A stretch of DNA of 64,000 nucleotides, taken from NCBI RefSeq assembly GCF_009914755.1, contig NC_060925.1; one strand, given 5' to 3'. The notes under the pieces are model-generated. The model had not been told where the DNA came from and did no database searches. It worked only from the letters and a program-made list of their open reading frames with translations. Within the stretch, counting starts at the first letter, position 1. Each line of letters opens with the position of its first letter. Source of the stretch: the human T2T-CHM13v2.0 reference genome, Homo sapiens. Of this stretch, positions 1 to 13,300 are shown piece by piece. The position numbers and the translations under genes were made by a program.

Positions 1-451
1 CCTTGTGTTGTGTGTATTCAATTCACAGAGTTGAAGGATCCTTTACAGAGAGCAGGCTTCAAACACTCTTTTTGTCGAATTTGCAAGTGGAGGTTTCAGT
101 CGCTTTGAGGTCAATGGTGGAATAGGAAATATCTTCTTATAGAAACTAGACAGAATGATTCTCAGAAACTCCTTTGTGATGTGTGCGTTCAACTCACAGA
201 GTCTAACCTTTCTTTTCGTAGAGCAGTTAGGAAACACTCTGTTTGTAAAGTCTGCAAGTGGATATTCAGACCTCCTTGAGGCCTTCGTTGGAAACGGGAT
301 TTCTTCATATTCTGCTCTACAGAAGAATTCTCAGTAACTTCCTTGTGTTGTGTGTATTCAACTCACAGAGTTGAATGATCCTTTACACAGAGCAGACTTG
401 AAACACTCTTTTTGTGGAATTTGCAAGTGGAGATTTCAGCCGCTTTGAGGT

Positions 452-468
452 CAATAGTAGAAAAGGAA
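452..468 (+). promoter_or_regulatory. Representative A-box/pJalpha-type site of the 171-bp monomer (CAATRGTAGAAAAGGAA), recurring every 340 bp
   Basis: Occupies the position homologous to the CENP-B box in the alternate monomer and resembles the A-type monomer pJalpha motif ending GAAAAGGAA. Protein binding cannot be inferred from sequence. Confidence 0.6.
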
Positions 469-680
469 ATATCTTCGTAGAAAAACTAGACAGAATGATT
501 CTCAGAAACTCCTTTGTGATGTGTGTGTTCAACTCACAGAGTTTAACCTTTCTTTTCATAGAGCAGTTAGTAAACACTCTGTTTATAAAGTCTGCAAGTG
601 GATATTCAGACCCCTTTGAGGCCTTCGTTGGAAACGGGATTTCTTCATATTATGCTAGACAGAAGAATTCTCAGTAACTT

Positions 681-1359
681 CCTTGTGTTGTGTGTATTCA
701 ACTGACAGAGTTGAACTTTCATTTGGAGAGAGCAGATTTGAAACACTGTTTTTGTGGAATTTGCAAGTGGAGATTTCAAGCGCTTTGGGGCCAAAGGCAG
801 AAAAGGAAATATCTTCGTATAAAAACTAGACAGAATCATTCTCGGAAACTGCTGCGTGATGTGTGCGTTCAACTCTCAGAGTTTAACTTTTCTTTTCATT
901 CAGCGGTTTGGAAACACTCTGTTTGTAAAGTCTGCACGTGGAAATTTTGACCACTTAGAGGCCTTCGTTGGAAACGGGTTTTTTTCATGTAAGGCTAGAC
1001 AGAAGAATTCCCAGTAACTTCCTTGTGTTGTGTGCATTCAACTCACAGAGTTGAACGTTCCCTTAGACAGAGCAGATTTGAAACACTCTATTTGTGCAAT
1101 TTGCAAGTGTAGATTTCAAGCGCTTTAAGGTCAATGGCAGAAAAGGAAATATCTTCGTTTTAAAACTAGACAGAATCATTCCCACAAACTGCGTTGTGAT
1201 GTGTTCGTTCAACTCACAGAGTTTAACCTTTCTGTTCATAGAGCAGTTAGGAAACACTCTGTTTGTAAAGTCTGTAAGTGGATATTCTGACATCTTGTGG
1301 CCTTCGTTGGAAACGGGATTTCTTCATATTCTGCTAGACAGAAGAATTCTCAGTAACTT
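681..1359 (+). repeat. Representative divergent 4-monomer block (dimers B+C, 679 bp) that punctuates the HOR; ~27 copies in the window
   Basis: B (gaactttcattt, ctttggggccaaaggc, ctgctgcgtg, cacgtgg..ttttgaccacttag) is always followed by C (gttcccttag, gtgcaatttgcaagtgtag, cccacaaactgcg). B or hybrid-B starts are near 681, 2720, 5441, 9862, 11902, 15302, 17342, 20738, 23115, 24476, 26856, 29576, 31956, 33316, 35356, 37055, 39775, 41814, 44533, 46913, 48952, 50991, 53030, 55069, 57789, 59828, 62544. Confidence 0.9.
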
Positions 1360-4300
1360 CCTTGTGTTGTGTGTATTCAACTCACAGAGTTGAACGATCC
1401 TTTACACAGAGCAGACTTGAAACACTCTTTTTGTGGAATTTGCAAGTGGAGATTTCAGCCGCTTTGATGTCAATGGTAGAAAAGGAAATAACTTCGTATA
1501 AAGACTAGACAGAATGATTCTCAGAAACTCTTTTGTGATGTGTGCGTTCAACTCACAGAGTTTAACCTTTCTGTTCATAGAGCCGTTAGGAAACACTCTG
1601 TTTGTAAAGTCTGCAAGTGGATATTCACACCTCCTTGAGACCTTCGTTGGAAACGGGATTTCTTCATATTCTGCTAGACAGAAGAATTCTCAGTAACTTC
1701 CTTGTGTTGTGTGTATTCAACTCACAGAGTTGTACGATCCTTTACACAGAGCAGACTTGAAACATTCTTTTTGTGGAATTTGCAAGTGGAGATTTCAGCC
1801 GCTTTGAGGTCAATGGTAGAATAGGAAATATCTTCCTATAGAAACTAGACAGAACGATTCTCAGAAACTCCTTTGTGATGTGTGCATTCAACTCACAGAG
1901 TTTAACCTTTCTTTTCATAGAGCAGTTAGGAAACACTCTGTTTGTAAAGTCTGCAAGTGGATATTCAGACCTCTTTGAGGCCTTCGTTGGAAACGGGATT
2001 TCTTCATATTCTGCTAGACAGAAGAATTCTCAGTAACTTCCTTGTGTTGTGTGTATTCAACTCACAGAGTTGAACGATCCTTTTCACAGAGCAGACTTGA
2101 AACACTCTTTTTGTGGAATTTGCAAGTGGAGATTTCAGCCGCTTTGAGGTCAATGGTAGAATAGGAAATATCTTCGTAGAAAAACTAGACAGAATCATTC
2201 TCAGAAACTCCTTTGTGATGTGTGCGTTTAACTCACAGAGTTTAACCTTTCTTTTCATAGAGCAGTTAGGAAACACTCTGTTTGTAAAGTCTGCAAGTGG
2301 ATATTCAGACCTCTTTGAGGCCTTCGTTGGAAACGGGATTTCTTCATATTCTGCTAGACAGAAGAATTCTCAGTAACTTCCTTGTGTTGTGTGTATTCAA
2401 CTCACAGAGTTGAACGATCCTTTACACAGAGCAGACTTGAAACACTCTTTTTGTGGAATTTGCAAGTGGAGATTTCAGCCGCTTTGAGGTCAATAGTAGA
2501 AAAGGAAATATCTTCGTAGAAAAACTAGGCAGAATGATTCTCAGAAACTCCTTTGTGATGTGTGTGTTCAACTCACAGAGTTTAACCTTTCTTTTCATAG
2601 AGCAGTTAGTAAACACTCTGTTTATAAAGTCTGCAAGTGGATATTCAGACCCCTTTGAGGCCTTCGTTGGAAACGGGATTTCTTCATATTATGCTAGACA
2701 GAAGAATTCTCAGTAACTTCCTTGTGTTGTGTGTATTCAACTGACAGAGTTGAACTTTCATTTAGAGAGAGCAGATTTGAAACACTGTTTTTGTGGAATT
2801 TGCAAGTGGAGATTTCAAGCGCTTTGGGGCCAAGGGCAGAAAAGGAAATATCTTCGTATAAAAACTAGACAGAATCATTCTCAGAAACTGCTGCGTGATG
2901 TGTGCGTTCCACTCTCAGAGTTTAACTTTTCTTTTCATTCAGCGGTTTGGAAACACTCTGTTTGTAAAGTCTGCACGTGGATATTTTGACCACTTAGAGG
3001 CCTTCGTTGGAAACGGGTTTTTTTTCATGTAAGGCTAGACAGAAGAATTCCCAGTAACTTCCTTGTGTTGTGTGCATTCAACTCACAGAGTTGAACGTTC
3101 CCTTAGACAGAGCAGATTTGAAACACTCTATTTGTGCAATTTGCAAGTGTAGATTTCAAGCGCTTTAAGGTCAACGGCAGAAAAGGAAATATCTTCGTTT
3201 CAAAACTAGACAGAATCATTCCCACAAACTGCGTTGTGATGTGTTCGTTCAACTCACAGAGTTTAACCTTTCTGTTCATAGAGCAGTTAGGAAACACTCT
3301 GTTTCTAAAGTCTGTAAGTGGATATTCTGACATCTTGTGGCCTTCGTTGGAAACGGGATTTCTTCATATTCTGCTAGACAGAAGAATTCTCAGTAACTTC
3401 CTTGTGCTGTGTGTATTCAACTCACAGAGTTGAACGATCCTTTACACAGAGGAGACTTGAAACACTCCTTTTGTGGAATTTGCAAGTGGAGATTTCAGCC
3501 GCTTTGAGGTCAATGGTAGAAAAGGAAACTATCTTCTTATAAAGACTAGACAGAATGATTCTCAGAAAATCTTTTGTGATGTGTGCCTTCAACTCACAGA
3601 GTTTAACTTTTCTTCTCATAGAGCAGTTAGGAAACACTCTGTTTGTAAAGTCTGCAAGTGGATATTCAGACCTCTTTGAGGCCTTCGTTGGAAACGGGAT
3701 TTCTTCATATTATGCTAGACAGAATAATTCTCAGTAACTTCCTTGTGTTGTGTGTATTCAATTCACAGAGTTGAAGGATCCTTTACAGAGAGCAGGCTTC
3801 AAACACTCTTTTTGTCGAATTTGCAAGTGGAGGTTTCAGTCGCTTTGAGGTCAATGGTGGAATAGGAAATATCTTCTTATAGAAACTAGACAGAATGATT
3901 CTCAGAAACTCCTTTGTGATGTGTGCGTTCAACTCACAGAGTCTAACCTTTCTTTTCGTAGAGCAGTTAGGAAACACTCTGTTTGTAAAGTCTGCAAGTG
4001 GATATTCAGACCTCCTTGAGGCCTTCGTTGGAAACGGGATTTCTTCATATTCTGCTCTACAGAAGAATTCTCAGTAACTTCCTTGTGTTGTGTGTATTCA
4101 ACTCACAGAGTTGAACGATCCTTTACACAGAGCAGACTTGAAACACTCTTTTTGTGGAATTTGCAAGTGGAGATTTCAGCCGCTTTGAGGTCCATGGTAG
4201 AAAAGGAAATATCTTCGTATAAAGACTAGACAGAATGATTCTCATAAACTCCTTTGTGATGTGTTCGTTCAACTCACAGAGTTTAACTTTTCTTTTCATA

Positions 4301-7300
4301 GAGCAGTTAGGAAACACTCTGTTTGTAAAGTCTGCAAGTGCATATTCAGATCTCTTTGAGGCCTTCGTTGGAAACGGGATTTCTTCATATTATGCTAGAC
4401 AGAATAATTCTCAGTAACTTCCTTGTGTTGTGTGTATTCAACTCACAGAGTTGAACGATCCTTTACACGGAGCAGACTTGAAACATTCTTTTTGTGGAAT
4501 TTGCAAGTTGAGATTTCAGCCGCTTTGAGGTCAATGGTAGAATAGGAAATATCTTCCTATAGAAAATAGACAGAACGATTCTCAGAAACTCCTTTGTGAT
4601 GTGTGCGTTCAACTCACAGAGTTTAACCTTTCTTTTCATAGAGCAGTTAGGAAACACTCTGTTTGTAAAGTCTGCAAGTGGATATTCAGACCCCTTTGAG
4701 GCCTTCGTTGGAAACGGGATTTCTTCATATTCTGCTAGACAGAAGAATTCTCAGTAACTTCCTTGTGTTGTGTGTATTCAACTCACAGAGTTGAACGATC
4801 CTTTACACAGAGCAGACTTGAAACATTCTTTTTGTGGAATTTGCAAGTGGAGATTTCAGCCGCTTTGAGGTCAATGGTAGAATAGGAAATATCTTCCTAT
4901 AGAAACTAGACAGAACGATTCTCAGAAACTCCTTTGTGATGTGTGCGTTCAACTCACAGAGTTTAACCTTTCTTTTCATAGAGCAGTTAGGAAACACTCT
5001 GTTTGTAAAGTCTGCAAGTGGATATTCAGACCTCTTTGAGGCCTTCGTTGGAAACGGGATTTCTTCATATTCTGCTAGACAGAAGAATTCTCAGTAACTT
5101 CCTTGTGTTGTGTGTATTCAACTCACAGAGTTGAATGATCCTTTACACAGAGCAGACTTGAAACACTCTTTTTGTGGAATTTGCAAGTGGAGATTTCAGC
5201 CGCTTTGAGGTCAATAGTAGAAAAGGAAATATCTTCGTAGAAAAACTAGACAGAATGATTCTCAGAAACTCCTTTGTGATGTGTGTGTTCAACTCACAGA
5301 GTTTAACCTTTCTTTTCATAGAGCAGTTAGTAAACACTCTGTTTATAAAGTCTGCAAGTGGATATTCAGACCCCTTTGAGGCCTTCGTTGGAAACGGGAT
5401 TTCTTCATATTATGCTAGACAGAAGAATTCTCAGTAACTTCCTTGTGTTGTGTGTATTCAACTGACAGAGTTGAACTTTCATTTGGAGAGAGCAGATTTG
5501 AAACACTGTTTTTGTGGAATTTGCAAGTGGAGATTTCAAGCGCTTTGGGGCCAAAGGCAGAAAAGGAAATATCTTCGTATAAAAACTAGACAGAATCATT
5601 CTCGGAAACTGCTGCGTGATGTGTGCGTTCAACTCTCAGAGTTTAACTTTTCTTTTCATTCAGCGGTTTGGAAACACTCTGTTTGTAAAGTCTGCACGTG
5701 GAAATTTTGACCACTTAGAGGCCTTCGTTGGAAACGGGTTTTTTTCATGTAAGGCTAGACAGAAGAATTCCCAGTAACTTCCTTGTGTTGTGTGCATTCA
5801 ACTCACAGAGTTGAACGTTCCCTTAGACAGAGCAGATTTGAAACACTCTATTTGTGCAATTTGCAAGTGTAGATTTCAAGCGCTTTAAGGTCAATGGCAG
5901 AAAAGGAAATATCTTCGTTTTAAAACTAGACAGAATCATTCCCACAAACTGCGTTGTGATGTGTTCGTTCAACTCACAGAGTTTAACCTTTCTGTTCATA
6001 GAGCAGTTAGGAAACACTCTGTTTGTAAAGTCTGTAAGTGGATATTCTGACATCTTGTGGCCTTCGTTGGAAACGGGATTTCTTCATATTCTGCTAGACA
6101 GAAGAATTCTCAGTAACTTCCTTGTGTTGTGTGTATTCAACTCACAGAGTTGAACGATCCTTTACACAGAGCAGACTTGAAACACTCTTTTTGTGGAATT
6201 TGCAAGTGGAGGTTTCAGCCGCTTTGAGGTCAATGGTAGAAAAGGAAACTATCTTCATATAAAGACTAGACAGAATGATTCTCAGAAAATCTTTTGTGAT
6301 GTGTGCGTTCAACTCACAGAGTTTAACTTTTCTTCTCATAGAGCAGTTAGGAAACACTCTGTTTGTAAAGTCTGCAAGTGGATATTCAGACCTCTTTGAG
6401 GCCTTCGTTGGAAACGGGATTTCTTCATATTATGCTAGACAGAATAATTCTCAGTAACTTCCTTGTGTTGTGTGTATTCAACTCACAGAGTTGAAGGATC
6501 CTTTACAGAGAGCAGGCTTGAAACACTCTTTTTGTCGAATTTGCAAGTGGAGATTTCAGCCGCTTTGAGGTCAATGGTAGAATAGGAAATATCTTCTTAT
6601 AGAAACTAGACAGAATGATTCTCATAAACTCCTTTGTGATGTGTGCGTTCAACTCACAGAGTTTAACCTTTCTTTTCATAGAGCAGTTAGGAAACACTCT
6701 GTTTGTAAAGTCTGCAAGTGGATATTCAGACCTCCTTGAGGCCTTCGTTGGAAACGGGATTTCTTCATATTCTGCTAGACAGAAGAATTCTCAGTAACTT
6801 CCTTGTGTTGTGTTTATTCAACTCACAGAGTTGAATGATCCTTTACACAGAGCAGACTTGAAACACTCTTTTTGTGGAATTTGCAAGTGGAGATTTCAGC
6901 CGCTTTGAGGTCAATGGTAGAAAAGTAAATATCTTCGTATAAAGACTAGACAGAATGATTCTCAGAAACTCCTTTGTGATGTGTGCGTTCAACTCACAGA
7001 GTTTAACCTTTCTGTTCATAGAGCAGTTAGGAAACACTCTGTTTGTAAAGTCTGCAAGTGGATATTCAGACCTCCTTGAGGCCTTCGTTGGAAACGGGAT
7101 TTCTTCATATTCTGCTAGACAGAAGAATTCTCAGTAACTTCCTTGTGTTGTGTGTATTCAACTCACAGAGTTGAACGATCCTTTACACAGAGCAGACTTG
7201 AAACACTCTTTTTGTGGAATTTGCAAGTGGAGATTTCAGCCGCTTTGAGGTCAATGGTAGAAAAGGAAATATCTTCGTATAAAGACTAGACAGAATGATT

Positions 7301-10300
7301 CTCATAAACTCCTTTGTGATGTGTGCGTTCAACTCACAGAGTTTAACTTTTCTTTTCATAGAGCAGTTAGGAAACACTCTGTTTGTAAAGTCTGCAAGTG
7401 GATATTCAGACCTCTTTGAGGCCTTCGTTGGAAACGGGATTTCTTCATATTATGCTAGACAGAAGAATTCTCAGTAACTTCCTTGTGTTGTGTGTATTCA
7501 TCTCACAGAGTTGAACGATCCTTTACACAGAGCAGACTTGAAACATTCTTTTTGTTGAATTTGCAAGTGGAGATTTCAGCCGCTTTGAGGTCAATGGTAG
7601 AATAGGAAATATCTTCTTATAGAAACTAGCAGAACGATTCTCAGAAACTCCTTTGTGATGTGTGCGTTCAACTCACAGAGTTTAACCTTTCTTTTCATAG
7701 AGCAGTTAGGAAACACTCTGTTTGTAAAGTCTGCAAGTGGATATTCAGACCTCTTTGAGGCCTTCGTTGGAAACGGGATTTCTTCATATTCTGCTAGACA
7801 GAAGAATTCTCAGTAACTTCCTTGTGTTGTGTGTATTCAATTCACAGAGTTGAACGATCCTTTACACAGAGCAGACTTGAAACACTCTTTTTGTGGAATT
7901 TGCAAGTGGAGATTTCAGCCGCTTTGAGGTCAATAGTAGAAAAGGAAATATCTTCGTAGAAAAACTAGACAGAATGATTCTCAGAAACTCCTTTGTGATG
8001 TGTGTGTTCAACTCACAGAGTTTAACGTTTCTTTTCATAGAGCAGTTAGTAAACACTCTGTTTATAAAGTCTGCAAGTGGATATTCAGACCCCTTTGAGG
8101 CCTTCGTTGGAAACGGGATTTCTTCATATTCTGTTAGACAGAAGAATTCTCAGTAACTTCCTTGTGTTGTGTGTATTCAACTCACAGAGTTGAACGATCC
8201 TTTACACAGAGCAGACTTGAAACACTCTTTTTGTGGAATTTGCAAGTGGAGATTTCAGCCGCTTTGAGGTCAATAGTAGAAAAGGAAACTATCTTCATAT
8301 AAAGACTAGACAGAATGATTCTCACAAAATCTTTTGTGATGTGTGCGTTCAACTCACAGAGTTTAACTTTTCTTCTCATAGAGCAGTTAGGAAACACTCT
8401 GTTTGTAAAGTCTGCAAGTGGATATTCAGACCTCTTTGAGGCCTTCGTTGGAAACGGGATTTCTTCATATTCTGCTAGACAGAAGAATTCTCAGTAACTT
8501 CCTTGTGTTGTGTGTATTCAACTCACAGAGTTGAACGATCCTTTACACAGAGCAGACTTGAAACACTCTTTTTGTGGAATTTGCAAGTGGAGATTTCAGC
8601 CGCTTTGAGGTCAATAGTAGAAAAGGAAATATCTTCGTAGAAAAACTAGACAGAATCATTCTCAGAAACTCCTTTGTGATGTGTGTGTTCAACTCACAGA
8701 GTTTAACCTTTCTTTTCATAGAGCAGTTAGTAAACACTCTGTTTGTAAAGTCTGCAAGTGGATATTCAGACCTCTTTGAGGCCTTCGTTGGAAACGGGAT
8801 TTCTTCATATTCTGCTAGACAGAAGAATTCTCAGTAACTTCCTTGTGTTGTGTGTATGCAACTCACAGAGTTGAACGATCCTTTACACAGAGCAGACTTG
8901 AAACACTCTTTTTGTGGAATTTGCAAGTGGAGATTTCAGCCGCTTTGAGGTCAATGGTAGAAAAGGAAACTATCTTCATATAAAGACTAGACAGAATGAT
9001 TCTCAGAAAATCTTTTGTGATGTGTGCGTTCAACTCACAGAGTTTAACTTTTCTTCTCATAGAGCAGTTAGGAAACACTCTGTTTGTAAAGTCTGCAAGT
9101 GGATATTCAGACCTCTTTGAGGCCTTCGTTGGAAACGGGATTTCTTCATATTATGCTAGACAGAATAATTCTCAGTAACTTCCTTGTGTTCTGTGTATTC
9201 AACTCACAGAGTTGAAGGATCCTTTACAGAGAGCAGGCTTGAAACACTCTTTTTGTCGAATTTGCAAGTGGAGATTTCAGCCGCTTTGAGGTCAATTTTA
9301 GAATAGGAAATATCTTCTTATAGAAACTAGACAGAATGATTCTCATAAACTCCTTTGTGATGTGTGCGTTCAACTCACAGAGTTTAACCTTTCTTTTCAT
9401 AGAGCAGTTAGGAAACACTCTGTTTGTAAAGTCTGCAAGTGGATATTCAGACCTCTTTGAGGCCTTCGTTGGAAACGGGATTTCTTCATATTCTGCTAGA
9501 CAGAAGAATTCTCAGTAACTTCCTTGTGTTGTGTGTATTCAACTCACAGAGTTGAACGATCCTTTACACAGAGCAGACTTGAAACACTCTATTTGTAGAA
9601 CTTGCAAGTGGAGATTTCAGCCGCTTTGAGGTCAATAGTAGAAAAGGAAATATCTTCGTAGAAAAACTAGACAGAATGATTCTCAGAAACTCCTTTGTGA
9701 TGTGTGTGTTCAACTCACAGAGTTTAACCTTTCTTTTCATAGAGCAGTTAGTAAACACTCTGTTTATAAAGTCTGCAAGTGGATATTCAGACCCCTTTGA
9801 GGCCTTCGTTGGAAACGGGATTTCTTCATATTATGCTAGACAGAAGAATTCTCAGTAACTTCCTTGTGTTGTGTGTATTCAACTGACAGAGTTGAACTTT
9901 CATTTAGAGAGAGCAGATTTGAAACACTGTTTTTGTGGAATTTGCAAGTGGAGATTTCAAGCGCTTTGGGGCCAAAGGCAGAAAAGGAAATATCTTCGTA
10001 TAAAAACTAGACAGAATCATTCTCAGAAACTGCTGCGTGATGTGTGCGTTCAACTCTCAGAGTTTAACTTTTCTTTTCATTCAGCGGTTTGGAAACACTC
10101 TGTTTGTAAAGTCTGCACGTGGAAATTTTGACCACTTAGAGGCCTTCGTTGGAAACGGGTTTTTTTCATGTAAGGCTAGACAGAAGAATTCCCAGTAACT
10201 TCCTTGTGTTGTGTGCATTCAACTCACAGAGTTGAACGTTCCCTTAGACAGAGCAGATTTGAAACACTCTATTTGTGCAATTTGCAAGTGTAGATTTCAA

Positions 10301-13300
10301 GCGCTTTAAGGTCAATGGCAGAAAAGGAAATATCTTCGTTTCAAAACTAGACAGAATCATTCCCACAAACTGCGTTGTGATGTGTTCGTTCAACTCACAG
10401 AGTTTAACCTTTCTGTTCATAGAGCAGTTAGGAAACACTCTGTTTGTAAAGTCTGTAAGTGGATATTCTGACATCTTGTGGCCTTCGTTGGAAACGGGAT
10501 TTCTTCATATTCTGCTAGACAGAAGAATTCTCAGTAACTTCCTTGTGTTGTGTGTATTCAACTCACAGAGTTGAACGATCCTTTACACAGAGCAGACTTG
10601 AAACACTCTTTTTGTGGAATTTGCAAGTGGAGATTTCAGCCGCTTTGAGGTCAATGGTAGAAAAGGAAACTATCTTCATATAAAGACTAGACAGAATGAT
10701 TCTAAGAAAATCTTTTGTGATGTGTGCGTTCAACTCACAGAGTTTAACTTTTCTTCTCATAGAGCAGTTAGGAAACACTCTGTTTGTAAAGTGTGCAAGT
10801 GGATATTCAGACCTCTTTGAGGCCTTCGTTGGAAACGGGATTTCTTCATATTATGCTAGACAGAATAATTCTCAGTAACTTCCTTGTGTTGTGTGTATTC
10901 AACTCACAGAGTTGAAGGATCCTTTACAGAGAGCAGGCTTGAAACACTCTTTTTGTCGAATTTGCAAGTGGAGATTTCAGCCGCTTTGAGGTCAATGGTA
11001 GAATAGGAAATATCTTCTTATAGAAACTAGACAGAATGATTCTCATAAACTCCTTTGTGATGTGTGCGTTCAACTCACAGAGTTTAACCTTTCTTTTCAT
11101 AGAGCAGTTAGGAAACACTCTGTTTGTAAAGTCTGCAAGTGGATATTCAGACCTACTTGAGGCCTTCGTTGGAAACGGGATTTCTTCATATTCTGCTAGA
11201 CAGAAGAATTCTCAGTAACTTCCTTGTGTTGTGTTTATTCAACTCACAGAGTTGAATGATCCTTTACACAGAGCAGACTTGAAACTCTCTTTTTGTGGAA
11301 TTTGCAAGTGGAGATTTCAGCCGCTTTGAGGTCAATGGTAGAAAAGCAAATATCTTCGTAGAAAGACTAGACAGAATGATTCTCAGAAACTCCTTTGTGA
11401 TGTGTGCGTTCAACTCACAGAGTTTAACCTTTCTGTTCATAGAGCAGTTAGGAAACACTCTGTTTGTAATGTCTGCAAGTGGATATTCAGACCTCCTTGA
11501 GGCCTTCGTTGGAAACGGGATTTCTTCATATTCTGCTAGACAGAAGAATTCTCAGTAACTTCCTTGTGTTGTGTGTATTCAACTCACAGAGTTGAACGAT
11601 CCTTTACACAGAGCAGACTTGAAACACTCTTTTTGTGGAATTTGCAAGTGGAGATTTCAGCCGCTTTGAGGTCAATGGTAGAAAAGGAAATATCTTCGTA
11701 TAAAGACTAGACAGAATGATTCTCAGAAACTCCTTTGTGATGTGTGCGTTCAACTCACAGAGTTTAACTTTTCTTTTCATAGAGCCGTTAGGAAACACTC
11801 TGTTTGTAAAGTCTGCAAGTGGATATTCAGACCTCTTTGAGGCCTTCGTTGGAAACGGGATTTCTTCATATTATGCTAGACAGAAGAATTCTCAGTAACT
11901 TCCTTGTGTTGTGTGTATTCAGCTGACAGAGTTGAACTTTCATTTAGAGAGAGCAGATTTGAAACACTGTTTTTGTGTAATTTGCAATTGGAGATTTCAA
12001 GCGCTTTGGGGCCAAAGGCAGAAAAGGAAATATCTTCGTATAAAAACTAGACAGAATCATTCTCAGAAACTGCTGCGTGATGTGTGCGTTCAACTCTCAG
12101 AGTTTAACTTTTCTTTTCATTCAGCGGTTTGGAAACACTCTGTTTGTAAAGTCTGCAAGTGGATATTTTGACCACTTAGAGGCCTTCGTTGGAAACGGGT
12201 TTTTTTCATGTAAGGCTAGACAGAAGAATTCCCAGTAACTTCCTTGTGTTGTGTGCATTCAACTCACAGAGTTGAACGTTCCCTTAGACAGAGCAGATTT
12301 GAAACACTCTATTTGTGCAATTTGCAAGTGTAGATTTCAAGCGCTTTAAGGTCAATGGCAGAAAAGGAAATGTCTTCGTTTCAAAACTAGACAGAATCAT
12401 TCCCACAAACTGCGTTGTGACGTGTTCGTTCAACTCACAGAGTTTAACCTTTCTGTTCATAGAGCAGTTAGGAAACACTCTGTTTGTAAAGTCTGCAAGT
12501 TGATATTCAGACCTCCTTGAGGCCTTCGTTGGAAACGGGATTTCTTCATATTATGCTAGACAGAATAATTCTCAGTAACTTCCTTGTGTTGTGTGTATTC
12601 AACTCACAGAGTTGAAGGATCCTTTACAGAGAGCAGGCTTGAAACACTCTTTTTGTCGAATTTGCAAGTGGAGATTTCAGCCGCTTTGAGGTAAATGGTA
12701 GAATAGTAAATATCTTCTTATACAAACTAGACAAAATGATTCTCATGAACTCCTTTGTGATGTGTGCGTTCAACTCACAGAGTTTAACCTTTGTTTTCAT
12801 AGAGCAGTTAGGAAACACTCTGTTTGTAAAGTCTGCAAGTGGATATTCAGACCTCCTTGAGGCCTTCTTTGGAAACGGGATTTCTTCATATTCTGCTAGA
12901 CAGAAGAATTCTCAGTAACTTCCTTGTGTTGTGTGTATTCAACTCACAGAGTTGAATGATCCTTTACACAGAGCAGACTTGAAACACTCTTTTTGTGGAA
13001 ATTGCAAGTGGAGATTTCAGCCGCTTTGAGGTCAATGGTAGAAAAGTAAATATCTTCGTATAAAGACTAGACAGAATGATTCTCAGAAACTCCTTTGTGA
13101 TGTGTGCGTTCAACTCACAGAGTTTAACCTTTCTGTTCATAGAGCAGTTAGGAAACACTCTGTTTGTAAAGTCTGCAAGTGGATATTCAGACCTCCTTGA
13201 GGCCTTCGTTGGAAACGGGATTTCTTCATATTCTGCTAGACAGAAGAATTCTCAGTAACTTCCTTGTGTTGTGTGTATTCAACTCACAGAGTTGAACGAT

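Noticed and set aside
357-375. Imperfect inverted repeat ttcaactc-aca-gagttgaa as a terminator or special hairpin
   Set aside because: It is a standard dyad present in alpha-satellite monomers and repeated in most dimers, so it is not specific to this locus.
3015-3026. T7/T8 length variation after the B-dimer box as mere sequencing error
   Set aside because: T8 co-occurs with ggaTattttg in all four cases seen, so it behaves as an inherited allele. It is included under the sub-lineage finding.
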